A DNA stretch of 63,946 nt, filler included, from Blastocystis sp. subtype 4 (Eukaryota): the NCBI RefSeq assembly GCF_000743755.1. It is 4 parts of 4 records of this genome, joined end to end, with 100 filler letters (N's around TTAATTAATTAA, not from the genome) between each part and the next. Parts side by side here need not be neighbours in the genome. Positions count along the whole stretch, not along the records: positions 1 to 17,863 come from NW_014569322.1; 3 more parts are not named here. One strand, given 5' to 3'. The translations under genes were made by a program, and so were the position numbers. The notes under the pieces were generated by a model that was given only the letters and a program-made list of their open reading frames with translations, did not search any database and was not told the DNA's origin. Within the stretch, counting starts at the first letter, position 1. Every line of letters begins with the position of its first letter. Of this stretch, positions 1-13,277 are shown piece after piece.

Positions 1-112
1 TCTCTGTGTTGAGACATTCTCACAGTATCCTCCTCTTGGTCGTTTCGCTGTTCGTGATATGAGACAGACTGTTGCTGTCGGTATCATTAACAGTACTGTA
101 CGTGCCAAGTAA
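1..112 (+). CDS. EEF1A: Elongation factor 1-alpha, 3' end (partial)
   Basis: Frame 2 reads [36 protein letters not shown], the conserved EF-1alpha C-terminus. TGTTTGTT follows at 132-139. Confidence 0.96.
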   Translation, partial: LCVETFSQYPPLGRFAVRDMRQTVAVGIINSTVRAK

Positions 113-169
113 GCAAAGTCCATAACTCCACTGTTTGTTTGAAACAGAATTGAGAAATGATTCACAAAA

Positions 170-1597
170 ATGTCCAGAACCCTATCTCACGAAGAGAGTG
201 AAGCTATTTTTAAGAAACTTCGATCTAATCCAGCAAATAAGGTAAATTAACGTGATAGGGAATGCTCTTATCGATTAGGTGTGTTTTGACTGCGGACAGA
301 AGAATCCCACATGGGCTTCGATTACATATGGAGTCTATATTTGTTTAGAGTGTTCAGCTACCCACAGAAACATGGGAGTTCATGTTTCGTTCGTTAAGTT
401 GGATTTTATATATTGGATAATGGAAAGATCTACCCAATTGGATGTATGGAAAGAAGAACAGATAACAGCAATGAAGGTGCGCTTTGAGGAAATGGAGTAA
501 TTGAGTAGCTTGGTGGAAATGATAGAGCTGCAAAAATGTTCAAGGAGCACGGGTGGTCTATGCTACAAAATGTTAAGGTTTGAATAGTGTCGGTGACTGA
601 TTCGCGTAGCTTCAAGAAAAGTATTCATCGAAAGCTGCACAAATGTGAGTGGTAAATCGTTTTTGTGAATAGTTAGGTATAAGCAGTATCTCGCTAAAGC
701 TGTGAAGAAGGAACTCAATTTGGAGAGTACTCCGACAACAGATATGGGGGAGAGTGCCGAAGAATCACCGGAAGAAGTGAAACAGGAGTCTAGTCCAACG
801 CAGCCGACCCCTATGTCAAGTTCTGCGGCGATAAGGATAAGCGAGCCTCCAGCAAAGGTTCAACCGAAGGGGAACCTTGTAGTGAATCCAACGATTCTCC
901 GTGAGCCAACTGTAACAACTGTATGGATTATGACTGTCTGTGATGTAGCCTTCGTTGTCTATTAAAGGACCAGAAGAGAAATCAGGAGTGATTCTGAGTG
1001 GTGGTGCTCAGAAGAAGAAGGGAATCACTCGTAAAGGTTTAGGTGGCAAGAAACTGGGTGCTGCTACGACGGTGGAGCCAATGGCTGAAGTGAAGCCTAT
1101 CGAGACAGTAAGAATGAGGATGTGGAAGAAGTGTAGGCAAGTAGATATGGTACATCATTGTCTCTGGAGAAGGTTGGAGTGGTACTGAGGACTTATGAAT
1201 AGAAACCCACTAAGACAGATGTGTCGTTTGATACAATCTCAACGTAATAGTGAGAAAGAAAATGAAGTGTAGAAAGAAGAATAATGTGGAAGAGAAACCT
1301 GTTGGAAGTGCAATGGATCGTTTCAAAGGATGTAAGGGAATCAGCTCTGATCAGTATTTTGGTCGAGAACAAGTGAGATTGGATCAGGAGTTTTAGAATT
1401 AGTATGATGAACAGGAGAGTCATGAGAAACTGAAACAGTTTGCTGGTGCACGAAGTATTAGTAGTGCCCAGTATTATGGAAATGGTGAGCAGAAACCAGT
1501 TAAACAAGAAGGATCTGTTGTGGGATCCATTGCATCTGGAGCATATACACTTGGTGTTCATGCTGCCCAAGCATTAAAGGGGTATTTGTCGAAATAA
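170..1597 (+). CDS. ArfGAP of ArfGAP2/3 (Glo3) type, multi-exon
   Basis: [25 protein letters not shown]...[19 protein letters not shown] zinc finger, KKLGA motif, and two Glo3-type [16 protein letters not shown] motifs near the C-terminus. Short GT-AG introns. Confidence 0.9.
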
Positions 1598-1620
1598 TGA
1601 TGATGTTTATTACAAACAGA

Positions 1621-2613
1621 TTATAACTTAACAGTTACCATGTCGCCTTTCTTTCCAAGTATATGCTGACATGAACTGCAACGATGATTTCTATGTATTA
1701 TGTCAATATCTAATGCTTACACAGGAGTGAAACCAGCCCAAATAAGCATAGGAATTGAAACAAAGAAGAAGATTCCTGAAGTAAAAAGTAACAGAAGAAT
1801 GCCAATTATGATCAATGTTCTATAATCAACTCTATATCTCATACATACAACTGCAACGAAGAATCAACCTTTGTTTGAACATTTCTATCACAATGCTGGC
1901 AATATACAGTCACCGGCCTACAATCATATTCCTTCCATAATCAAACGATGATCCCAGTCGAACCGTTCTCTCTTCACCGAATCCCACTGGTTCAGTTGGT
2001 TGAGGTAAATAATGATTATCTATCTGCGGTAAGTACGAATTTCCTGACTGATCTGGCATAACTACGATTGGCTGCACTGGATCCACTAGTGTTGGCTGCA
2101 CTGGATTTACTACCGCTGGTTGAGTAGGAGTTCCTATGGCTGGCTGCATTGGATTTACTACTGCTGGTTGAGTAGGAGTTCCTATGACTGGCTGGACCAC
2201 ATCTGGTTGATACAAAACGGGATCAGGTCCCTGGGAAGACATAGCATAGGAATCAGCTTGGGGAGCCTTGTATGCAGCAGTACTAGGATTCTCGGAAACT
2301 GGAGCAACATAAACTTCAGGAGTCTTATATGCACCACTAGGATCACCAGGAACTGAATAAACTATTGGGTTCGCTGGAGTACTGTAGGCAGAAGCTGGTG
2401 CAGATGGGATAGAACTAACTGGAGTCGAATAAACATTAGCAGAAGAATCAGTTGTAGCCAATGATGGAGTCCCATACATTGGCTGACCTACAGTAGCGAC
2501 GTTGTAAGTCATAGGTACGGTTGATGTTGGTGCATTTGGATCCGACGACGAATACCCTTGTATCTAGCCAATGAGTTTTTCTTAGCAAAACAAAATACTT
2601 GATATGAAAGCAT
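1621..2613 (-). CDS. LITAF-domain protein with Pro/Tyr-rich N-terminus
   Basis: Manual splicing gives YCQHC, then a hydrophobic stretch (IIIGILLLLFTSGIFFFVSIPMLIW), then HRCSSCQHILG, the LITAF zinc-ribbon layout. It follows the Pro-rich ORF 1910-2512. Confidence 0.8.
2094..2196. repeat. ~48-bp coding tandem duplication (IGTPTQPAVVNPxQP x2)
   Basis: Two near-identical units containing GGATTTACTACyGCTGGTTGAGTAGGAGTTCCTATG. Confidence 0.85.
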
Positions 2614-2856
2614 TGTAATCAATAATATGTAAATAACCAAAGATTATCTAGAAACCGGCTATCTTTCGTCTTTTGATTTATGGCTTATCGTGTTAAAATA
2701 GGTTAGACTCCTTGCGAACCATCCTTCTAGACGGTCTAGAAGGTAAGGAATGGCATCTCACAATCGAACCATATTGTTCTCTAAGTTAGCCAAGTGAATT
2801 ACCGAATCGTGTGTATTTAATAGGAACACTAAAAGTTAGATTATTACTATACTTCA

Positions 2857-3428
2857 ATGAACAAGATCAATGAGATAATCAAATTAAATCAAATGGAACT
2901 AGAGAATGACATTCCATTTGAGTCTTCATGGCATCAAACCTACAAGAATTGTCCATGGGTGTATTTTGGCGGTGTTTCAACAGAATTGAGTGAGGGAGAT
3001 ATTATATGTTTATTTTCACAGTTTGTGCAGTGCTATAGACATTCATGTTTAGATGGGGAGAAGTGGAGGATATTAACCTGGTTCGGGATAAAGAAACTGG
3101 AAAATCAAAAGGATTTGGGTTTTTACGGTATGAAGACTGGTTAAGTTGTGTTTTGGCTGTAGACAATTTTAATGGAATAGAAGTGAGTGATCACTGTTGG
3201 AATGGTAATGAATAGCTTCTTGGACGGACAATCTGTGTTGATCACAAAAGGGACTATCGTCCACCACGAGAAGAGTCTAAGGAGGATGAGGGATCTCATA
3301 GTAGACATCATTCTCATCGCCATCATCATCATCATCGATCACATCGCAAAGAATCTTCGTCACGTCGTAGTTCTAGTAGCAGTTATGAAAGACATTCAAG
3401 GCATCGAACTCGAAGTCTTTCTGGATGA
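2857..3428 (+). CDS. RBMX2: RBMX2/Snu17/Ist3 RRM protein (RES complex)
   Basis: MNKINEIIKLNQMELE..SWHQTYK..WVYFGG..LSEGDIICLFSQ|WGEVEDINLVRDKETGKSKGFGFLRYEDWLSCVLAVDNFNGIE|LLGRTICVDH, then a His/Arg/Ser-rich tail. Confidence 0.92.
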
Positions 3429-3455
3429 ATTGTTAGTTCACAAACAATACTATCC

Positions 3456-6057
3456 CTATTCATTTAAGTACATCTCAAAATTCGAGTAGTCAGGGATGTG
3501 GCCTGACAAGTGATCAAAATCAACCTTCATATCGGGTTGTTCTTGCCAAAACCGTTCACACTGAGCTTCAAAGAATTCAATCAATTTCACAGCCTATTAA
3601 TGACATTCTTCTTTCTATTCTACCTTTTCTAACTGTGAAGATCGAGTATTCTTACACTCTTGATATTTCTTTAACGCTTGAATCATCACACAGGTACTAT
3701 AACCAGTTAAATCAGTAAACAATGGTTCTAGATTACGATACTTCTGATAAATGACACCAAGATAGAAGTAGTGTTAAGAAATTAATAATTGTTTATTAGA
3801 AGAGGATATGTAAAGTTGTGTCTTGATTTCAGGTTTCACATTATCATTTTGAAGAATGTCGACGCAATAATTCTCAGCGACTCGTAGATACTTCTATAAA
3901 TGAACTACTGACAACTATATCCACTCGCTTCAAGTAATCATTCATCGTCATCTTTGAAATGTACTGTAACAAGAATCCAGCATACCGCTATGAATTAACA
4001 CAATTCTGTATACCAACAATTCGTGATTCTAGCATTTCTGTATAATACACATGTTCCCATGTTCCTGAAGGGAAGTCTCGTTTCATATCAAACAGGGATA
4101 GAGCCTCTACTGCTTGTTCAGCCCATTCTTGATCTGGAATGGATTTCAACTCCTTCACTTCATGGATCATTCCCACGGGGAAAAGCATAAACCTATCAGA
4201 AGGTTCATCCTTCCCTACTACCCAAGAAGTTATATAAATACGATGATCCCCTAAATTAGCATTGATAAATTCTCTACAATCAAGTGTACTGAGAAGGATT
4301 ACGTGAGATTGAAAGCATTACCTCCCTCACCATGAAGAATGCTTCCCAGTTGGTGATACACGACTCCAGGCCAATGAACATTAGGATACAGAGATAGTTG
4401 AGAATGATTATACCACATATAAGAAGCATAAGGGAGATAGATCACATCAACATCCTCACGATGATGTTCACATTGTTGTAAGTACATCACGCTATTCTGC
4501 TGATAGTCACCATGAGCAATGTAGATAGAGGAAGGAGGAAGAGGATCCAATTGAGAATGACCATAATCAAGGAGATAGTGATTATCATGAGTCAATGAAC
4601 AGATACTAGAAGCGTTCAGTGTGAGTTGAAGTATGATTATCAAAGATATGATTACCATACTCAGTATTTGAGGAATTCCAAAGGTAGAACAGATTATATG
4701 ATATCCCATTCCTATGAAGACTGCAACAAGAATAAATCCTTGCATCCAAAATCGCATTTGGACACCAATATACAAAGGCTCCTCACTAATAGGGAGATTT
4801 GCAAGATAATGGAAGACAAGCACATAGAAGAGGAAACAGAAGCAGAGAAGCCATGATATCCAACGTCGATCATACACAATCTTCTCTTCTTTCCGTTGAC
4901 TTTGGTTTTGTGGAGCAAATGCGTAGGATATAATGCCTATGACAGCTATTATTAGTCCCACGTATAATGTGTTCTGGGCAGCACCTTTGAAGAAACTCAT
5001 TAGACCCCAGAAAAACATCTCTCCTTTTCCAGCTCTTCCTTCTCCAGAAAACAAACGGAAGGTTCCGTAGTCTTGTCGAAGCACATGATGGATAAGTCCT
5101 ACTGTTCAGAATACACATCATTGATACCATTCCATGTTGTCATATCTCCCCAATTACCCTTACGTGGAGTGAAGGAAGATATAACAAGATAGAGGTATGG
5201 AAGCAACCCAACGAGGAAAATCAACGATAACATGAAAAAACGACGAAGAGATAATTCATGTTCAATAAGAAGGATAACAAAAATAGTTACAATGATAGGT
5301 ACCAGATAAAACACAATGGTATGTTGATTACACATAGAGAGGGCTGCTAGGAAAGCGCCTTTCAATGCAATGGGATACACTTGGAATTAAATACAAAATG
5401 AATAACTTACAGCGCTGTTTTTGTTCTCTCCAGTAGTAATAGAAGAATAGGACTGTCAAGAATAAAATGACGCTAATAAACATGTTATTCATTGTGAACA
5501 CTTCAAACTGAACCGACTGTGTCCAAAATGTTGGTCCAAAGGAGAGCAACACTACATCACACAGAACTACGATACCTACTTGATGATAACAGAGCTGCTG
5601 GCCCATTTCCATTCGTTAGAAAAAATACTGTTCCAGTTAGATAGTAAACAGAAGCGCAGGCAAATAACACGCTTAAGTAGTTTAGAACCAGAGCATAATT
5701 TCCAATAAAACTGAAGAGTTTTGAAAAAAGGTGTCCAATCAGCGTAATAAGTGGATAACCTTAGGCTCAACGAATAATCGCAAAATTACCTGGAGGATGT
5801 ACTGTACCCAATTGTACAGCACCTGTAATAACCTCTGGATTATCTCCACCAACAATCGTCGGATTTACAGATACCGAATACACAATTAATACAATAATTG
5901 AGCTTGCTAGCGACTATATGTCAGGAAGGAAACACATTCATACATAATATCGATAATCACCATGCACTTCCCAATCGGTAATGCGCGCATTATAGGATTT
6001 TGGAGATTGGTTCCTCTTCATTGAGGAACCGTTCCCTGAGTGTCTGGTCCGAGCCAT
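3456..6057 (-). CDS. TMEM260: TMEM260/DUF2723-like multi-pass glycosyltransferase (protein O-mannosyltransferase family)
   Basis: N-terminal GGDNPEV..VHPPG motif, QFEVFTMNN, LSMCNQHT, LLPYLYL..WGD..HVLRQDYGTFRL, RFWMQ, YLQQCE..REDV. Many TM segments. Confidence 0.82.
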
Positions 6058-6336
6058 AATACAACAATGTGTGTTTCTAGTTAGTGAGAGTCAATATTAT
6101 ATGGAAAATCTCGAATGGATCAAAGTAGATCTTATGGATGTTGCAATCCTATTAATTTGAAGTGTTAATGCAGAAGAGATATCCACTTCCCTTATCCAGA
6201 GTGTTAAAAAAATACTGGCCAATGTCCGTGCAACCAAACAGTACCCATCATTGTTACTAGAATGTTCCCACGTTGATCTTGGCGGCAGTCTTCGTTCACT
6301 TTCGATTGATTCTTAAGTGAAGTGATTATTTCGGAG

Positions 6337-9300
6337 ATGCCTAGATCCAGGAGAACTACAGTAAGGATTTTTCTCGAGTCCTAAGTCTTGTAGACATCTG
6401 CTAACGGTTCGAAGACTTCTTCGGCACAAAGAGAATATAGAGAATCTTTTCGTCGTAGCGCGTACTATTTTAGTGTCTTTTGTTGACGTGATTAGGAATA
6501 ATGATGATTCCAACCAAAATAATAATAGGTATTTGAAGGAGGGTAGTAGCAAAAGAGCTACATTATCTCGTTATAGGAATAGTATGTTGATTGTGCTTTG
6601 GTGTTTTGTAGGGGCCAATCAGGATGAAAAGTTCGGATCAAAGCGACCTAGATATGACCTTCGCGTGAGAAAATGATCATAATGTGAGGAGTAGAAGAGT
6701 CCATCGACCAAGTCTAGGTTTTCCTATAGTGATTCTTCCTTAAAAGAGCAAGATTCCAAAAGCAAGGAAGTGAATTCTCAGAGTACTTCGAGGTATTCTC
6801 TTCGAAAGAGAGGTTACATCAATTCGTTGGAGTCGGATTCGATTAGTGGAGGCTATTCGGAAGATAATAATTATGATACAAACAGTAGTAGTAGTGATAG
6901 TAAAGATGAAGTTCGTCCCAGTCAAATGAAGAAAGCAACTCAAAAGGATGAGTCTAAGGAAGAACCTAGTAGTGATTTATTCGATCCAACTACATCTCAC
7001 TCTTCCAGTGATCTTGAATCTGAAGAAAGCAATGAAGACGCGAATTTAGTTCCAAACCAGTCAAATAGTAAAGATCCTGCTTCAGATTCGTCAAGAACTC
7101 CCTTAACAACGTCTCGATATCCTATTCGTCGGAATCGCCGTGTATTTGTGTAAGTTCTACTTCATATCCAGACTTATCATCCTTTCCAGTTTAATCATAC
7201 ATCCACTCATCGATCTGTTAAGCGATGTATTTGTGTATGTGAAGGATCACTCACAGCCTATTCGAAATTTAGAAAACACCGTCACAAACATTACGATTCT
7301 TCTTCAACCAGTTCCTCATCTGATTCCTCTTCAGTTAGTTCTTCTTCTGACTCTTCCTCTGATGAGACTTCCTTTGCTCGTTCTGAGAAACGTCGTCACA
7401 AAGAACTTCTAGATACAATTCGTCCTTTAAATGAAGCGAAGGTCCAAGGGAAAGCTGTGAAACGAGGGGCTCTTCAATCAGATTCCTCTCCAATCAGTAT
7501 TGATCCTTCTGTAACATGGGAGAGTGTGGGTGGTCTTGCGAATCATGTCCAGGCCCTCAAAGAGATGATTTTGTTTCCTTTATTGTATCCTGAAGTGTTT
7601 GATCAATTTCATATTCTACCTCCTCGGGGAGTTCTCTTTGTAGGACCTCCTGGGACAGGAAAGACTCTTGTTGCTCGTGCTCTCTGCAACAGTTGTTCTG
7701 TGGTATGAATGTGTGGTTATTTCAAAGATAGGGAAATAAGAAGATCTCGTTCTTTATGCGAAAGGGAGCTGATTGTCTAAGCAAGTGGGTGGGTGAAGCT
7801 GAGCGACAATTACGTCTTCTCTTCGAACAAGCACGTACCTATCAACCATCCATAATCTTCTTTGATGAAATTGATGGTCTTACTCCAGTGCGATCAGCTA
7901 AACAAGACCAGATTCATAGTAGCATTGTTTCAACTCTTCTTGCACTTATGGATGGATTGGATAGTCGTGGACAAGTAGTTGTGATTGGGGCAACAAATCG
8001 AGTTGATGCAATTGATCCTGCCTTGCGTCGTCCTGGCCGTTTTGATCGTGAATTGTACTTCAGTTTACCGAACAAGACAGCTCGACGTGAGATTCTGGAT
8101 ATTCATTTGCAATCTTGGCAACCACCGGTTGCCGCCTCTATTAAGGATACACTCAGTGAGATCACTCCTGGATATGCTGGAGCTGATTTGAAAGCATTAT
8201 GTACGGAAGCTGCTTTGTGCTCTCTGCATCGTTCATATCCACAAATTTATCAGAGTACGAAGAAGCTTAAGATTGATTCAACGCATATCCAAGTCACCAT
8301 TTCGGATTTTCTACAAGCATTTCACAAGATCACACCATCAGCAAAACGGTCTGGACCCCAGCATGCGAATCCAGTTCCTACTTATTTGCGTTGCTTGTTA
8401 TCATCCCAAGAAGGAATAATTCTATCCGGTCTTTATCCAATATTCCCGTTTTTCGCGGGTGAATCAGGATGTCCTAATCTCTTCTTGAGTCGCAGTACTG
8501 CAGATCCTGAGCAGCCACCATTGTGTTATCGTCCTCGGTTAGTCCTTACCGGATCTTCGGAATCTGCTATTGAGATGATTGCTAAGAGTCTCTTGTATCG
8601 ACTTGATTCTTGCTACCATATCTCTCTCGATGTGCTTTCTCTCTCAAGAGATGGATCAATGACTGACACTATGTTATCAGGAATACGAGAAGCATTTGTC
8701 CATAGTCCTTCCATCTTGTATATCCCACGTATTGATATCTTCTCTCAGAATGCTAGCGAGATTATCCCTCTCCTGACTATGGCTTTGAATACTCTTCCAT
8801 CCACTGCTCCTGTTCTGGTTCTTGCTACTTCTGTCTCGAAGGATTTTGGTCCTTTTGCTTCATTGTTCTCTCCCTCAACAAACACTTGTCATGTCACTCT
8901 CAGTCCTCCTTCTGAAGAATCGATTCGATCGTTCATTCTCCAACTTCTCCCTTCACTAGTTGCTGCTCCTTCAGTACAAGCCCCTCCTCCTGTTCTGGAA
9001 GAGCTTGAAGAAGTCATTGAACCTCCAAAGAAGCCAGTATTGACTCAAGAGGAGATTCAATTAATTCTTGAGAAAGAGGAACACTCTCTTCGAGAACTTC
9101 GGAATTTCTTTAGAGAAGTTTTATACTCATTAAGTCGGAATTCCCGTTATCGCTGCTTTGTAGAAGCAGTGAAGAAGGAAGATGTTCCTGATTACTATGA
9201 TATTATTGAACATCCTATGTGTTTTGATGATATGTTTGTTAAGCTGGATAAGAAGGAGTATGTGACATTAGATCTGTTTATGAAGGATCTTCTTCTTATT

Positions 9301-9831
9301 CAATCCAATGCTAAAGAATACAATCCAAATACTCCTTCAGGGAGACGGATTATTCGAGCTGCTTCATCGATGATTGATGAAGTGGAATCCACAGTGTACC
9401 GATTCCGGAGGAAACTTGGATATGACTTGTTTAAGAAGTGTGATTGTATTAATGAACGAAGAATGAAGCAACAACAAGAGGAAGAGGAGAAGGAGGAAGT
9501 AAAAGAGAAGGAGGTGGAGAAGGAGGAGGTAGTGAAGGAGAAGGATCAATCAAGCTCTTCTGAACCTCCTCAAATTGTTCAAGAAGAGGTTGTCACTCCT
9601 GCTGAATCCAATCCTTCGATTGATGAGAATATATTAGCTGAGGGTCGTGGTGTATTGCAACGAATTGTGATACGTCGCATGACTCGAAATTATGATGGTT
9701 TGATTCGTTTATACACAGAGTTACGACAGCTTATTGCATTGATGGATTCAATACATATGTCTCCTGAACAGAAGATTGCTGTAGGTGTTTGAACCTTTCT
9801 TTTCCTCTAGAGACTTAAGTCTTATTTATAA
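6337..9831 (+). CDS. ATAD2: ATAD2/Yta7 AAA+ ATPase with bromodomain
   Basis: Walker A GPPGTGKT, FFMRKGADCLSKWVGEAERQLRLLF, Walker B IIFFDEIDG, PALRRPGRFDRE, and bromodomain VPDYYDIIEHPM..NAKEYN. 5' exons reconstructed by hand. Confidence 0.93.
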
Positions 9832-9873
9832 AGCATTTTGATTTGCTATGTCTTTGTGTGAACAAACAATGAA

Positions 9874-12800
9874 TCATTTGATTGCAGTTGATAACAACTT
9901 ATTTGTAGCTTCTTTACTGGAATCTTCTAGCTTCTGAAGAATGTCCTCTCCTCCCAGTTGTAATACCCCTTTCTTCAGTACTTCGCATTCAACATAGTAC
10001 TGCTGGAGACACAAGAATACCTCTCGCATCTCCCTCACCACACAATCATAGTCATCTTGAGTTTTCAGTTGTGCTGCACGGGAATCACTCAAACTGATTT
10101 CCAACTGGACGATTTCATCCTTTGAATTCTTCATCTCTTTTTCCAAAGTTGTGATGCTCTTCTGTAGTTCTATTCCTAATTCACTTTCATACCACAATAC
10201 GTTCATTCTTCGCCTGACTTGTTTTCAATTCGGATTGGATTGATTCAACTTGCTTCTCCATCTCCTCTTTCTGCTCTCTCCCATCTAAAAATCACATCTC
10301 ATTCATACTCTCACAGTCCTCTCGTTCTGATTCCAATAACTCTACTTTCTTTTTCAAGGACTTGATTTGTTCCAGCAACGCACTGTTTGGATCGTTCACA
10401 GGAACAGACAATGCTTCTTCAGATCGTTCACAACTCTTCCTTCGCATCTGACGATTTTCTGTCTCCAGAGTATTCACAAGTTCCTCCAGCTCCTGAATTC
10501 GACGCTCATATTCTTCATTACCTTCACTCTGACTCCTCTGGAGAAAGAGTTGTTCCATTTCATCTGCTTGCTGTTTCACTTTTCTCAGTTCATCTTCCAC
10601 CTTCTCTTTCTCCAGTACAAGATCATCATAACGTCGTTGGAGACTTTCTAATTCAGATTCACGTTGTTCGGCAGTTTGAGCCCAATTCACATTCTCTTCC
10701 TTCAAATAATGGAACAGTGATATCCATACATTGATTCCCGCGGATAATTTCAGTTTCAATTGTTTCAATTCCTGATCTTGCATTCGAATAAGATCCTTGA
10801 ATCCTTTCAACAGCTAGTTGTAAACAAACTAATATACCATACGCTTGACTCATCATCTTCACATGTAGGAAGTTGTAAGAAGAAGGTGGCAACTGACTGT
10901 CGGAAGACAAAGAACACACTGTTACATTCGTCTAGAAACTCTGGATCCGTTCTACAAAAACAACATTCAATCTCGCTTACATGAGACATTCTGAAGGGAT
11001 ATCAGTATCCTGATCGTTGTATTCAAGCGAAGTATGAGAATGAGATGAGAATTGAAGTGCCAATGATGTTAGCACATTCAATCCAACATTCTTCTGAATG
11101 AGTGTAAGCAAATCGATTGTTGTATCGGAGTTGTGTGTATGAATTGACATTAACAGAACAGAAATCATACCTAGTTTGATTCTCATATCTATTCCTTAAT
11201 TGTGGAATCGTGAAATACCATCTTCATTTACGATTCTCGCATTATCTCGAATTAAGCTTATATAATCGATTAAAAAAGGAATGTCTTGTAAAAACTGAGA
11301 TACAATGTCTCCATGAAGATCAATGACAATGAGTAGAATGTGCACAATTCGAGCCTATTTTGTATTTGACAGAATAGATATACGATTACTGCAGTATTGA
11401 GAGTATTGAACTGTTGAATAATTAATGAGAAAAGATACCAAACACTCCTTGTTCCGTTGATCACAATTGCTTCAAAAAACGAAGGATCTTTCTAATTTTC
11501 ATCTATTCTACTCATACAGACTTTGCAACACATCAAATACAATCCAGAAGAAGCCACAAAGTTACGATTGATCATACCCTTAGGATTCTGTACAGAAATG
11601 GATTTGATGAAAATCTACAAATAATAGACACTGATAAGTCGTATTTGAAGAAGATACTTTCCTGAAGACGAAGAAGCTTGGACAATGGCATTACCAATTT
11701 CAGCATTACAAGCAACTAGTTCTAGTAATAAATCTGAATTCGCCTTATTTCCAGGATAAATGAAATAGGTTTGAATCAAATAACTCAACAACTGAATTGT
11801 GTTCCCTCCATCCATAATATCAATGGATTGAAGACTATCAATGCAAGGAATGACATGAAATGTGCGTAAAAGGATAGCTTTGCATTGTAAGGCAAATTCA
11901 TGAAGTGTCTCCACCAACATGTGATTCTCTTCCATGGTCTTAGAATGTGTTACCGATAACGAATCTTCATAAACTGGGAACATTGCACAGGATAGAAGAT
12001 GCTGGACAAAGAGATCACTCTATTCTCAACATAAATCAACATTACTACTTTCCCTAACAACTTTGTATTATTCTTAATTACCATTACTAGACTCGTGTCC
12101 ATCCTTTGGATTCCTTGAATTGACGTTAGATCCGAGAGTTCTTCAAGGATCTACACATCACTGAGATTTATCACAACGACCATAATAGAATATCGGATAA
12201 CATCAGTCCTTATCGATATTTCTGATTCATTGGAGGTTGGTGACAGCGTTGATGGAGTGGATTCTGTTGACCGACTGAGAATGGAGGAGTAAATACTGAG
12301 ATCGATAACAGAGGTTTCTGAGACGTTGGAAGAATACAATGTATTGACATTAATGAAATGAACGATTCTATTGATGTAGGGAACTATGTAAGAGAATAAA
12401 AGAGAACATACGCTGTGACAATAGCTTTAGGGTTACTATATTTCCGTGAATGATATAATACACAACCTTCAGGCAATCGCGAATGGTGATGTCTGAATCT
12501 GATTGGACTATTCGAAAAAGTAAATCGAATCCATCTTGAAAGGCAACGAAATTGGCAACATCGGGAAACTTCTCCACCAACATCAGAAGAATGAGAAGTA
12601 AGTTATTGCGAATCTCCTCCCGATTCTCATTTAGGCAGTCTACAATCTTTTGCAATGCAAATGGACTCTGATTAACACAATTCCCAACGAGATCCTAGTT
12701 ATTATACTTTCATTGTTCTCAAACAGAGTTAAGCCTTAACGACTCTCGTAGAATATCCATGACTGCAAGCGAAGAGTACAGGTCATCTCCTTCAACAAAA

Positions 12801-13184
12801 CCAAAGAGTATATTCACAGCATTATTGTATCCAAAAATCGATTCAACATTTTTCTTCAATACATCATCTCTATTCTTGAAACTGGAGCTCTTTACCAAAA
12901 TGCAAAGTGTATCCAGGATATTCTGACTTAATTCAGAGTCGCGCGAATATTCTTCTAAGAAATTCATCAGTTTTGGGAGACATAACTCGGCTGCTTCGAT
13001 AGGATTCCTTCGAGTGAGATCCTAAAGAGTGAAAACAGGACTAGAGACTGACAATTAAATCCTTTGATGCCTTCCGTTTGTCTGTAAGATAAGTTGATCT
13101 CTCCATCTCCTCTAATAGCGCTTGAATATCTTCACTTTCATCTGAATCCGACTCACTCTTATGATTCCATTTTAAAAATGCCAT
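9874..13184 (-). CDS. USO1: Uso1/p115 vesicle-tethering protein (armadillo head plus coiled coil)
   Basis: LQKIVDCLNENREEIRNNLLLILLML..VAFQDGFDLLFRIV..IRDCL resembles the p115 head motif. Long C-terminal coiled coil (ORFs 10292-10810 and 9874-10206). Confidence 0.75.
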
Positions 13185-13277
13185 TTCCCCTCAGGTTGGC
13201 TTTAGTTATGGTACTTTTGTTTTCACTTAGAACCCGCGGAAGGTCTAGTGTCAAACAAACAAGCATAATTATTCAAT

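Noticed and set aside
5979..5992. 14-bp palindrome TAATGCGCGCATTA
   Set aside because: It occurs once inside a coding exon and is compatible with chance.
6101..6316. Possible small gene between TMEM260 and ATAD2
   Set aside because: I could not build a consistent spliced model or recognise any motif.
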